From positions 16,272,438 through 16,336,437 of the forward strand of contig NC_068991.1 in NCBI RefSeq assembly GCF_001194135.2: DNA of 64,000 nucleotides, read 5' to 3'. The notes under the pieces were generated by a model that saw only the letters and a list, made by a program, of their open reading frames with translations, ran no database searches and was not told the origin of the DNA. The stretch is from Octopus bimaculoides. Taxonomy: Eukaryota. Numbering within the stretch: the stretch's first letter is position 1; every line of letters starts with the position of its first letter. The translations under genes were made by a program, and so were the position numbers. Below, in pieces: positions 50,299 to 63,560 of the stretch.

Positions 50299-50680
50299 GT
50301 GGAGGCGCAATGGCCTAGTGGTTAGGGCAGCGGACTCGTGGTCATAGGATCGCGGTTTCAATTCCCAGACCGGGCATTTTGAGTGTTTATTGAACGAAAA
50401 CACCTAAAAGCTCCACGAGGCTCCGGCAGGGGATGGTGGCAAACCCTGCTGTACTCTTTCACCACAACTTTCTCTCACTCTTACTTCCTGTTTCTGTTGT
50501 GCCTGTAATTCAAAGGGCCAGCCTTGTCACACTGTGTCACGCTGAATATCCCCAAGAACTACGTTAAGGGTACACATGTCTGTGGAGTGCTCAGCCACTT
50601 GCACGTTAATTTCACGAGCAGGCTGTTCCGTTGATCGGATCAACTGGAACCCTCGACATCGTAAGCGACAGAATGCCAGC
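50299..50680 (+). mobile_element. SINE family C
   Basis: 12-bp TSD agtcttagctga at 50287-50298 and 50681-50692. Confidence 0.92.
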
Positions 50681-51310
50681 AGTCTTAGCTGAAGATACTG
50701 TTGATCATGGATTTACTCAATCTGAACTGACTCGGGGCTAAACAATTAAAACAATCAATGGAAACAGAGCTACTCATTAAAACCCTCCAAATATGAATGT
50801 AGAGGTATATCAAGAGACAGGTGATGGAAATGTATCACTACCTGTGCAGGTGTGAAGGGGTGCAAAATTTCCTCTGGCCTATAGTGCTTAGTAGGGGTAC
50901 CAAAGAGAATCTTTATCCCCCGACTCTTTACTCGAATACTGAAAACCATCACTATGCATACCACTGAACTAGCAATAAATTAAAGATTCTGCCCTCGTTA
51001 CCACATAATTTTTGGAAGGGAAAGACTGGTAACTATTTAACTAATGAGGATGGAATCGACAGAAAATTTGTCGTAGAATTTGGAGGTCACAAAAAACTGG
51101 TAGTAATTTTGTAACCCTTTTGTCACCATATTTCTATTGAAATAAACTGTCTTTGTTTCAATTAATTTTGAAAATAACGACTTTAATAAAATAACTTTTT
51201 CAGAACATCATTCAGAAGATAGGAAATTATTACCAGACATCAGTGTTATCTTGGTTTTTGGAGCATAAATTAAGTTAAAATTTTGATGGAAGGTTTTAAT
51301 TTAGATCACT

Positions 51311-51945
51311 TTAACCCTTTAGCATTCAGATTACTCTGTCAAATGTAATGCTTATTTACTCTTTTACTCTTTTACTTGTTTCAGTCAATTGACTGTGGCC
51401 ATGCTGGAGCACCGCCTTTAGTCAAACAAATCGACCCCGGGACTTATTCTTTGTAAGCCTAGTACTTATTCTATCGGTTCCTTTTGCCGAACCGCTAAGT
51501 GACGGGGACATAAACACACCAGCATCGGTTGTCAAGCAATGCTAGGGGGGACAAACACAGACACACAAACACACACACACACACACACATATATACATAC
51601 ATATATACGACGGGCTTCTTTCAGTTTCCGTCTACCAAATCCACTCACAAGGCTTTGGTCGGCCCGAGGCTATAGTAGAAGACACTTGCCCAAGATGCCA
51701 CACAGTGGGACTGAACCCGGAACCATGTGGTTGGTAAGCAAGCTACTTACCCCACACAGCCACTCCTGCGCATTATTTTGAATTAATCATGAGTTATCTT
51801 GTAGCTTTGAGATTTCAGTGATGTGGTTATTTGTGTTTAGAATGGCATTGTAGGATAGGTGTGAGAGGCTGGATCAGACTGGTTTGAACATAGAATAGAT
51901 AGGATATTTGGGCCAGATATGGCCAGTTGAAATACTAAAGGTGGT
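51311..51945. mobile_element. piggyBac-like MITE interrupted by a family B SINE (51361-51770)
   Basis: Starts ttaaccctttagcattc; the remainder is colinear with 62933-63145 once the SINE is removed. Confidence 0.8.
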
Positions 51946-52852
51946 TTTTATATGGAAGTCCATAGGTAATCTGAAGTAGGTTGGCACCAACTGGGTTAAT
52001 GATGTATTTTGTTTTGGTTTTTCTTATTATTATTTTCATGGAATTGTTAGTAGCCATAGTATTACAGATCTATGATGGCTAGAAGTGGTTAGAAAGACTT
52101 TAGTCAGAACGAGCATCTAGCTTAGAAACGCAGTCTCATCGTTATTCAATTCATGCCAGCAGGGGGGGGGGGTTGAATGGACATGGAAATACTTATGGTG
52201 GAAAACAAGGCAAACCTGCCAAACTTGTGCACAAAAATAGGTGTTGAAAGAAATGATGACAACAAAGATGAAAATGATAATGATTTGTGTTTTTCAATGG
52301 AATCTGTTGAAGCAGTAACTTCACAATGTTTTATTATAGCAAGACTAGACATTGCCTTACATCTGTTGGACTTTAGTTCACAATGAGTTTCTTTAGAATT
52401 GTTACAGCATCAAACAAACTGCCTTGTTGTATTTAGAGACTTTCAGAGTTCAAATCTTACCATTGTCTTCCTTCCCTTTCATCCTTCTGGGGTTGATAAA
52501 ATAAAGACCCAGTCAAAATACTGGCATTAATATAATCAACTATACCCCTCCCTCAAAAATTCAAAGTATTGTGGCTGTGTTAGAAATCAGTAGTTTATAT
52601 GGTACCATCGCCTAACTATTGGATAAAATTTCATCTGGTGGTTAGTTACAGCCCTTTACATTCTGAGTTCAAATCCTGCTGGGATGAGCAGGCAGATTGT
52701 TAAAGTACCAATCAAGTACTGGAGAATAATTTGATATTCATATAAAGTATCCTCGATATGAATTCTAAGAGTGAGATTCTTTTAACGTATGTGGTCTAAC
52801 TAATGACCTGATGGGGCAGGATGCATTAACTATTAACTATTGGTTATTATTA

Positions 52853-53245
52853 TAGAGGCGCAATGGCCTAGTGGTTAGGGCAGCGGATTCGCGGTCATAG
52901 GATCGCGGTTTCGATTCCCAGACCGGGCATTGTGAGTGTTTATTGAGCGAAAACACCTAAAGCTCCACGAGGCTCCGGCAGGGGAAGGGTGGCGAACCCT
53001 GCTGTACTCTTTCCCCACAACTTTCTCTCACTCTGACTTCCTGTTTCTGTTGTGCCTGTAATTCAAAGGGTCAGCCTTGTCACACTGTGTCACGCTGAAT
53101 ATCCCCGAGAACTACGTTAAGGGTACACGTGTCTGTGGAGTGCTCAGCCACTTGCACGTTAATTTCACGAGCAGGCTGTTCCGTTGATCGGATCAACTGG
53201 AACCCTTGACGTCATAAGCGACGGAGTGCCAACAACAACAACAAC
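52853..53245 (+). mobile_element. SINE family C
   Basis: 12-bp TSD attggttattat at 52839-52850 and 53246-53257. Confidence 0.92.
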
Positions 53246-54952
53246 ATTGGTTATTATCAAGAAGATGGCTTAGATCAGTACTTCCCAAGCTGGCAAAAAA
53301 TATTTCTACCTCTCCTTCATAGCTCCAAATGTGAGTGAAATTTTTTGCTTTCCCATCTATTTCACGGAGAAGATTAAATAGCTTGTATCCACATAATTCT
53401 TTTTTTCTATAGGCCTTGATTTCTCAGAATTAGGGCTACAAAAAATAATCAAATCTATCCACTCAAAATTCCATTACTCTTAACTGCAGAAAGCAGATTT
53501 ATATACTAATGTATGTAAAAATAGAAACAGCAGTCAAATGTTGACGTCAGTATAATTGTCTATTCTTTCCCACCTAATTTCTGGTCTTGTTCCTTGGGGA
53601 TCGCTTTGTTTGACTAAAACCCTTCAAGGTGATACCTCTGCATGGCCACTGTCCAACAACTGAAACAAGTAAAAGATAAAAGAATTGTTAAAACATCAGA
53701 TTAAATGCCTCGTGATATTTTAGTTACTTACCATTATGTTCTGATTTCAAATCTTACTGAAGTTAGCTTTGGTTTTTCTTTCTTTTTTTCTTCTTTTATC
53801 TTCAGGGGTTGAAAAAATAGATTCTCAGTGAAGTACTGGGGCCAATTTAATTGACTAACCCATTCCTTCAAATTTGTGGCCTTACGCTTTTGTTAGAAAT
53901 CTGTTGTATGCCAGGAAAATCTGTGGTGGACAGGCTGAAATGGTAGAATAAAAAGCTTAAGGACATTAGCTCTCTGTCTGTCTGCCTGCCTCTCTCTCCC
54001 TTTCTCTCTCTCTCTCTCTCCCATCATTTTGTTGTTATAAAGGTGTTGAGTTGCTGCAATGGTATTATTAGATTAAATTCCTTATATTTAGTTAGGCCCC
54101 ACCTTTTAACATTCTGAAGTAGTAGTAGTAGTAGTAGCAGTAGTAGTAGTACGAGTAGGAGGAGGAGGAGGAGCTAGACTTTTGTCTTTGTTAGGAAACA
54201 AAAACAAACCTGCCAAACCTGTACATAGAAAACAGGCCTTGGATGAAATGATGGAGTTGATGGCATTGGTGATTATAATAATATTGATGGTAATAATGAC
54301 GATAGTGTTGGTGGTGACGTTAATGTGATCAGGATAACGATGCATGTTGATGGTGGTGGTGATAGTGGTATTAATGATGGGGTTGTTGATGGTTATGATG
54401 ATTCTGGTGATGGTGGTCTTGATAAGAGTTGGGTTAGGCAATGAACACTGGCTACTTCTGTTTTTTTTTGTTTTTTTTGTTTTCCTTTTTTTCTTTTTGT
54501 ATTATGTGTTTGTTTTCTTTGGCTAGTTTTGGTGAAAATTGAGAATCTGTATTCACTGTGTGCTAGAAGAGAAAATAGTAGTTGGAAGGTTTCGTGGTTG
54601 GAACAATTAATTGATGGCTCCGAAAAAGGCATGCACCAAATCCATTGCCTTTGTCATCATTGTTGCTGTTATTTCACCATTATCACCGTCACTACATATG
54701 ATACGAACATTGTCTCCATAGCTACTATTGTTATCACCATCATAACCATCATTGTGACTACTACAAACATCCCTGTCAAACTGTTCTACCGATACCAGCA
54801 TTGAAAGCCAATGCTAAACGAGGACAATGATGGATGATGATGACAGAGGCTCCCTCATTGGCAGCAAGTGTTGTAAACTTGACCACTAATTCATTAGCTT
54901 ATAGTGCCAAATCCTTCTCCTATAGTTGTGACATATGCATATGGTAAACACC

Positions 54953-55346
54953 GTTGTTGTTGTTGGCACTGCGTCACTTATGACGTCGAGGGTTCCAGTC
55001 GATCCGGTCAACGGAACAGCCTGCTCGTGAAATTAACGTGCAAGTGGCTGAGCACTCCACAGACACGTGTACCCTTAACATAGTTTTCAGGGATATATTC
55101 AGCGTGACACAGTGTGACAAGGCTGACCCTTTGAATTTCAGGCACAACAAAAACAGGATGTAAGAGTGAGAGAAAGTTGTGGTGAAAGAGTACAGCAGAG
55201 TTTGCCACCATCCCCTGCCGGAGCCTCATGGAACTTTTAGGTGTTTTCACTCAATAAACACTCACAATGCCCGGTCTGGGAATCGAAACCGCGATCCTAT
55301 GACCGCAAATCCGCTGCCCTAACCACTGGGCCATTGCGCCTCCACG
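54953..55346 (-). mobile_element. SINE family C
   Basis: 26-bp TSD tgtga(c/t)atatgcatatggtaaacacc at 54927-54952 and 55347-55372. Confidence 0.92.
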
Positions 55347-57351
55347 TGTGATATATGCATATGGTAAACACCAATAATAGGTAGTCTTCCTTCGTTCTGA
55401 GCTCAAATCTCCATGTGGTGACTCTAACTCATTAGTTTCCATGTACCTACTGATAAGGTCATCTTGATTAAGCTCATCTCTTGTGCTAAGCTAATATACC
55501 CACAAATGGAATTGAACTTGGTACAACAGGCTAACAGACTGCTTGTCAGATTTACAATACTTGCTGCCAATGAAGGAGCCTCTGTATGATATAATAATAG
55601 ATTTGTAACATAAGTGCAAGGCCACAAATTTCGGGTAAAGGATTAGTCAGTTAAATTGACCCCCAAACTTGACTGCTACTTTATCAACCTCGAAAGGATT
55701 AAAAGCAAAGTTGACCTTGGTGAGATTTGAAATCAGTTTATAAAGGGACTTAGCTAAGTACTATGACCAGACCTTTTGTCTGATGCTCTTATGAATCTAC
55801 CAACTACAGTGATATAGTCTATTGCTGAGTAACACTCAAGCAGACCTGGAACATTGAGTAAGCTGATTCAGAGTAGAATTAAGTGTCCTATTCACTCTCA
55901 TACAGAAATGATCTAAGTGAAGTTGAACTCACAAACCATGAGGAGATAAATAGGCATCTCCTATATACATTACACATTAGTCGAAAGTAGGGAATTGACA
56001 GAATCATTTGAGTATCTGACAAAAATACATTCAGGTATTTATTCTGGCTCTGTGTTTGAACTCAGTTATGATTCACCCCCACCAAGATCAACTTCACCTT
56101 CCGTTCTTTGGGAGTTAATAAAATAAAGTACCAGTCCAGGGTGGTAGATTAGCAGAATTGTCAGTGTTGGACAATTAATTTTGCAGTATTTTTGTGGAAT
56201 GGAGACTTGGCCTGAATGCCTGCAGTTGCATGGTTTGTATTAAAGGTACTCAAAGTACAAAGTGGTGGCTTTCAACAGATTAAGTCTACCATTTCAGAAT
56301 AAGAATGGTTCTGCTGATGGGCTTCCATACAGTTTTTATTCAGTTTCAATCGCTAGGTTGACCCTGAGCTATGATAAGACATTTGCCCAAGGTACTGTGA
56401 AGTTCAATCAATTTTAAAACCATGTAGCTGTGAAGTGAACGTCTTAGTTACAAAGCTTTTCTTATTAAAAATAGTGACCAAATCTCCTTCTCAAACCACA
56501 ACTAGCTGTTGTAACAAACGATGGACATATTGGATAAATTTAGTTCCGATTACACAATGTCTGAGCAGGGTAAGGTGGGGGTGAAACAAACGGGATGTTC
56601 ATGACTAGAACACCTATTATAGATTTCACTTAGTGTAGGCCAGGGAGAGGCTGAACAAAAATAAAACTGCAATGCCATCTAATGGCTGTACTTCACCTTG
56701 AGAAGCAAAAAAAAAAAAAAAAAAATTTTTAATGAAATTACCAACCTTATGCCTAACGAAGAAATCAATATCTTTAAGATGTCTGATCAACTTGTTGATT
56801 ATTATTTTTTTTTTCAAGGATTATCTGAATTTATATTTATATTTTTGCTGTATTTAGAATTAACCAGATTATGTAAATTCAACAGAAACAGATGGTGTAG
56901 TAGCAAACTGTTGGTTTATATGAGACTTTTTCCCTTTTTTATTTTAATTTTTTTTCTTTATAACAAAATGTATAATTATATTATCATTACCAGTGTTTTA
57001 ACATTTATTGTTCTGTGCTTGCAAAGGTCAAATGGAATTTGTTTAAATAGATTTTTCTATGGCTGGATGCTCTTCATGTCCCCAACCTGTTTCCGAAGCA
57101 AAGTAATAGTTTCCTATGGCTGACACGTTTTCACAGAATGAAACTGATCGTATGACAGTGACGCTTGTTTTTACAACTATTGTGCCATGTCAAGGCAAGT
57201 TGAAACAAATACACACACACACACAAACCCATATATAGGATTCTCTCTGTCAAATCCACTCACAAGGCTTTGGTTGTCCTGGGCCTGTGGTAGAAGACAC
57301 TTGCCCAAAGTGTCACACACTGGGATTTAATCTGAAGTTCCCATATATATA

Positions 57352-57745
57352 TATACCATGTAAAAAGCACCCTTGCTGGTGCCACATAAAGGGCACCTGT
57401 GCTGGTGCTTCGTAAAGGGCACCCATGCCGGTTCCACTTAAATGACATTCGTGCCAGTGCCATGTGAATGACCTCCGTGCCGCCAGTGCCATGTGAATGA
57501 CCTCCGTGCCACCAATGGCATGTGAATGACATCCATGCCGCCAGTGCCATGTGAATGACACCTGTGCTGGTACCACGTAAAGGGAACCCATGCCGGTGCC
57601 ACATAAAGGAAACCCATGCTGGTGCCACATGAAAAGCACCCATGCTGGTGCCATGTAAAAAGCACTCAGTGCACTCTGTAAAGTGGTTGGCATTGGGAAA
57701 GGCATCCAGCCATTGCAACTGGCCAGCTCCTGTCAAACCGTCCAG
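57352..57745 (+). mobile_element. SINE family H body with internal minisatellite
   Basis: About four ~29-bp units gtgccatgtgaatgacctccgtgccgcca plus ~22-bp ggtgccac...aaagcacc units. Confidence 0.75.
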
Positions 57746-58080
57746 TAAGTTATGAGGACATAAACAAACTGACAGTTGTTATCAAATACTTGAATAACTT
57801 TTAGTAACTTCCTTGACAAGTGCTTTGTGCTTGTCATGCCTTCCCATCCTGTTTCCTTCCTCGGAATATTTTTTACAAGATATAATGTCAGCTATAAATG
57901 AACATGTTTCCTAGACCTGGCCATTTTGAATGTTAAGAGCTAAAAAATAAATACCATAAAGTATTTTGTCCAATCATCTAACAATTCTGTCTGTTTACTC
58001 TCCTGGACAAGTACTTTATTTTTTCAGCCACAGAAAGATAAAAAGTAAAATTTACCTCAGCAGGATTTGAACTCAGAATA

Positions 58081-58310
58081 GGCGGCGAGCTGGCAGAAAC
58101 GTTAGCACGCCGGATGAAATGCTTAGTGGTATTTCGTCCGCCGCTACGTTCTGAGTTCAAATTCCGCCGAGGTGGACTTTGCCTTTCATCCTTTTGGGGT
58201 CGATAAATTAAGTACCAGTTATGCTCTGGGGTTGATGTAATCGACTTAATCCGTGTGTATGTCCTTGTTTGTCCCCTCTATGTTTAGCCCCTTGTGGGCA
58301 ATAAAGAAAT
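58081..58310 (+). mobile_element. SINE family D
   Basis: Intact head ggcggcgagctggcagaaacgttagcacgcc. Confidence 0.85.
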
Positions 58311-59203
58311 AAGGATTTGAACTCAGAACATAAAGAGCCAACAAAAATACTGCAAAGTATAATATTCAACACTCTAATAATTCTGCCAATATGTTACACC
58401 AGACTGGTACTTTATGAGGATGAAAGATAACAGTTGATCTTGGTGGGATGGGATTTGAACTTGGAATGTATAGCACCAGAATAAATATCTGAAGGTGCTT
58501 TTGTCTGATGCTTAAATGATTCTGTCGATTTACCTCCTTTCATTGAAGGTTAGTGAAGTTGAGTAGTGTATATGGTTTTGGAGCTACTTTCCTGCTTATC
58601 TACCTATCTGCTTATGGTTTGTAAATTCAATTCCACTAAAGATATTTCTCTGTTAGAGTGGATAGGATACTTAATTCTACATTGAATCAGGTCACTTAAG
58701 GTTCCAGGCCTATTTGAGAGTTACTCTACAATTGACTATATCACTGTCGTTGTTAATCCTTGATCACATAAACTTGAGATCAAAGATGAGCTGTGATCAT
58801 CTCATTTGTTTTTGGAGATGTTCAGGCCTAACTACATTATTTAATGTGTCCTCTTCTGTTTCAGGATAGCAGGGTGTGATTTGAGGGATATTTGGTTGCT
58901 ATATATACAAAGTCGAGTGACTGTCTATTGCAGTGGTCCTTAACCATTTTTTTCTTGTAGCCACCTCAGATCCTTTTAAGTAGTTATGTCTAGTGCTACC
59001 TAAGTACTGACTGAGGTATCATGACGAAACTAACTTAACAAGGATGGTAATTTGTAAATTTTATTCTAAAATTGGATTTTATAAGCTTTTAACAGTGAAA
59101 TCATAAAAATATTAATAAAGGAAAAAGTTGTAAATTTACTTTATACATTGCAATTTAATGGCTTCTCTGTGCCTGATGAGCTCTTGTTTTAATGACCATT
59201 ACT

Positions 59204-59560
59204 ATTGACTGTGGCCATGCTGGAGCACCGCCTTTAGTCGAGCAAATCGGCCCCAGGACTTATTCATTGTAAGCCTGGTACTTATTCTATTGGTTTCTTT
59301 TGCCGAACCACTAAGTTACGGGGACATAAACACACCAGCATCGGTTGTCAAGCGAATTTGGGGGGACAAACACAGACACACAAACATATACATATATACG
59401 ACTGGCTTCTTTCAGTTTCCGTCTACCAAATCCACTCACAAGGCTTTGGTCGGCCCGAGGCTATAGTAGAAGACACTTGCCCAAGGTGCCACACAGTGGG
59501 ACTGAACCCGGAACCATGTGGTTGGTAAGCAAGCTACTTACCACACAGCCACTCCTGCGC
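59204..59560 (-). mobile_element. SINE family B
   Basis: Colinear with 51361-51770. Confidence 0.9.
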
Positions 59561-60268
59561 CTATATATAAAATTTAGTATGTTGTGTTATCTTACTGTCC
59601 CCATCACCCCTAAAGCTTAATGCCCCTTCGACATGCCTAGCACCACCTTAGGGGCAGTACTACCCATGTTGAGAACCTCTGGTCTAGAGGTTCCATGGTT
59701 CAACTTGATGGATTGTGTCTTTAGGAAGACTATCATGACATCCACTTTGTAAAAACTATGTAAAACCAGAATTGAGTGTCAACTCTATGTAAGCTTATGA
59801 TGGATTACAAAGCTATAAGATACATGGGTGGATGGATCTGCCAGTTTCTGTCATTCATATGAAAAAAAAAAGCACTGAATGAAACCACAGGGAGACACTA
59901 CATTTGCAGATTTGTTTTTTCTTTTTTTTTTTTTGTTAAATTTTTATGAATTTGGACAACATTAAAGGGATAGTGAATCAGTCATGATAATGAGGATTAT
60001 TGAATATTGTGTGTGATACTGGACACACACAATACAATACAAATTATTAGTTTTATTCAGTGAAGCTGGAGGTTGCTAGGTAATATTTCCTACTTCACAG
60101 TTGAGTGAATGGTTTATTGATAGAATGGTTCTTTTCAAAGCAATTTGACCGAAGCCAGCACAGAAAAGGTGAAAGGAAAACGAGGGGAGTTATTTATGTA
60201 ATAAAATATGCATAGTCTTTTATGCTTTTAGTCATTGGACTAAAATCATAAAAATTGTGTATTATTAG

Positions 60269-60316
<48 letters not shown>

Positions 60317-61428
60317 GTGATGTATTATGCATACAGTATGATGTATCAAATCAATGGTTTTTTAAATATTTTGGTTGGAAGGAAGATTATCCTGAGAGTG
60401 CGTTGATAATAGCTGGAGAAGGAAAGCACCAATGAGTTTGAAAGAATTAGTCAGGTCTAAGAGAAAAATGTTATCAAAGTTTGAAGTATCAAGTAGTGTG
60501 AGACATCTCAAATAGCTGTATTTCTAGCAGCGATGTTGTACTTCCGTTTCCATTCCGTGGCAGACTCAAGTTCTAGAAAAAGATTTTCCAAGACGAGAGT
60601 ATTTATTCACCACCATGGGAAGCTACATGTGTTCCTTACGTCTACATGAAATTGTGCATTAACCCTTTAGCATTCATGATTATTCTTTCAAATGTTAATG
60701 CTTATTCATTCACGTTCTTTTGAATCGGTCCAGCATTATCTCACTGCTTCCAGATGTAAATGGTGTGATTGTTTATTCTAAGAACGACATTGTAGCATTG
60801 GTGTGAAAGGTTGGATCTGGCTGGCTTGAACATAAAACCGGAAGAATATTTGGGCTGGATATGGCTGGTTTGAACGCTAAAGAATGAATGAATCACAATG
60901 CTATGTTGCTACCAGATAATATCATCATCATCAGAAGCACTCTGGTGTCTAAGAAAATATATTCTTGCTGACAAAACCCACAGCATCATACATTTCAAGG
61001 GTGATATACAGATGGCTTTTGTAGTTTGATGCTGTTTCACTTATGTATACAGAATTTATTACAGCCTCCTTTTCTGCGACATCGGTGAATGTACTAATCA
61101 CTTTTTTATAAATTAGTGGCATCAGTTCAGACGTATGCCAAGTGAGTGCATGTCATTATTTTCAAAGTTAATTGAAACAAAGGCAGTGCATTTCAACAGA
61201 AATATAACAAAAGGGTTTTAATGAAATCTCTAATCTGTTGGTATTTTCTTCAAAAACACAAGTTGTTAATAACAAAAATCATTCACCAGTTTGTTAATTT
61301 CATGATTCCAAAATGGAACTTCCTCTTCATTAGCTGATTGCTGGTTTGTCTATCAAATGCCTGCAGCCATTGCCAACATTAGCCTACAGAGAAATGAAGC
61401 CGACAGTAAAAAAATAAAAAAATAAACA

Positions 61429-63560
61429 TTGACCCAAGAGCAGCAACATGCTTTTCACACTTTAATTGATGCCATATCAAGCTATAACCCTAATTCAAAT
61501 ATTTTCTTTGTTAAAGAAGCTTTGCAACTCCGGAAAGAGTTATTTCCATTGAACATTTATCGAGTATGTAGAAGCATGTTTCAATCAACCAGTTCTCACT
61601 GTTGCATCTACAAGACTGGTTGTATTGTTTTGCAAAAGTGGTTCTACAACCCATTCAACTTTTCCATGTAGCAGTTTCTATTGACAGCAATACTGTTTAC
61701 AGAATTGCTATTAATAGCAACCTGGTAATTATTATTGTCTTTGGTACCTTATGTTAAAATGAAATACTACAAATAAAGCCATACTGTTAAATTGTTTTAC
61801 TAGTTTGTCTATGGAGCTGTTAGTTTTTAATGCCTTGGTAGCAAGCTCATTGTGTATCTGGGTAATTTTTAGCAAACACTAGGCACAAGCAAAGCTTTGT
61901 GGTTAAGAAGCTTGTTTCCCAACCATGTGGTCTGGGCAGGTGTCTTCTACTATAGCCTCAAACTGACCAAGGCTCTGTGAGTGCAATTGGGAGAAGGAAA
62001 CTGGAAAAAGCCCGTGTGTGTGTGTGTGTATACCTTTGCCTTGAAGCTATGTGATGCTTGCAAATGAATACCTCTCTCACACCAGCAATGTTGCTAGGTT
62101 TTAGTCTTCCATGGAAAACATGTCTAGCCATGAGGAAATATTACCTTGCCTGGAAACAGGTGAGGGTTGGTGAAAGGAAGGGCATGTGGCCAGAGAAAAT
62201 CTTCCTCAGTAAAACTCTGTTTGACCCATGAATGCTTGGAAATGTAGATGTTAAACAATGATGATTGATGATGATAATGACTTCTGCTTTTGAAGAAAAC
62301 TGGCAGAGCTGTTATTCTGAACAGAGTTAGGATTCATTCTTCATTTTGGATGAGAATGATAAAATTGAAACTATCATGAATATGCAACTATAGAATTGAT
62401 AGGACCAGTTCTGGTTGACCACTTCTGTTTTGTATTATTGAACTGTGTGGAGCAGAATGAATTGGTAGACACTGATTGGCAAGATTGCACTTCCAAATGT
62501 TATTGAGATTACATTGAATAAATGTAAAATTATAAATGAAGTTTTCATGGCTGACCGAATCCTGCCAATTTCACAGACTGATCAATGCCATCTATTTTTA
62601 CCAGTAATGTTGATTCTCTAAAAGAGGAAATTATTAAATTATTTGATTGTGAACTAGTCTCTTAGAAAAGTATCATCCAAAGATGAATATATTATCATCA
62701 TCTTTTAATGTCCATCTTCCCATGTTGGTATGGGTTGAATGGCTTGACAAAGTTTGCAGGGTCCAAGGACTGCATTGAACTACAGTATCTGCTTTGGTTA
62801 CAGCTTCCCAGGCTGAAGTATGAAAGAAGGGACCAGAACAGGTTTCTTGCTGTAGAGGAGCAACATAGCTGAATGGAATTTTTAAATGGTTAAAACTTTG
62901 GAGTGCTGTCCACTTTTCACTCCCTATTTTAACCCTTTAGCATTCGGGTTACTCTGTCAAATATAATTGTTGTTCATTGTTTTGAATTAATCATGCATTA
63001 TCTTATAGCTTTGAGATTTCAGTGATGTGAGTGTTTATTTTAGAATGGCATTGTGGGATTGAGGTGAGAAACTGGATCTGACCAGTTTCAACATAAGACA
63101 GGTTAAATATTTTGGCTGGATATAGCCAGTTTGAATGTTAAAGGGTTAAACTTGAAGGAAAACGAGTGTTATCATAATATTCTAAAATTTAAACCAGGTT
63201 AATGAAATGCAAATAGATATAAACCATTTCTGTGAATGCTTGAATGAAGGCCACATTGTTACGGAAACTGAATATTATAGAAAACCATTCATGTGCCAAG
63301 AATGTGCTAAGACCTACTGATGCTATGCTGCATTCACTCTTATATGATTACAACTATCAGATTGAATATTTTTTTCACAATGAAAGGTGACAAATCTTAA
63401 AGGTCTTTCATTCAGTGAAACAGATCTGTTCTTCCTAACAGATAAATTAACACATGGACAACTGTGTGTTGCTCTGTCAAGATCTACGCACAGTTCAACA
63501 GTTAAAATAACCTTGCAGGAAAGACGATAATCACTGTTGTAATCACTGATGTTTTTAGTG
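61429..63560 (+). pseudogene. Helitron (PIF1-type helicase) coding fossil, interrupted by SINEs and a MITE
   Basis: TQEQQHAFHTLIDAI...NIFF (pre-Walker A); VLTVASTRLVVLFCKSGSTTHSTF (cf. VASSGIAAxLLxGGRTAHSxF); ILDE near 62345; THGQLCVALSRST at about 63450-63488 (cf. SHGQLYVALSR). Confidence 0.75.
62933..63145. mobile_element. piggyBac-like MITE (213 bp)
   Basis: TTAA on both sides, TIR ccctttagcattc / gaatgttaaaggg (12/13). Related copies at 51311, 60660 and about 3655-3803. Confidence 0.88.
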
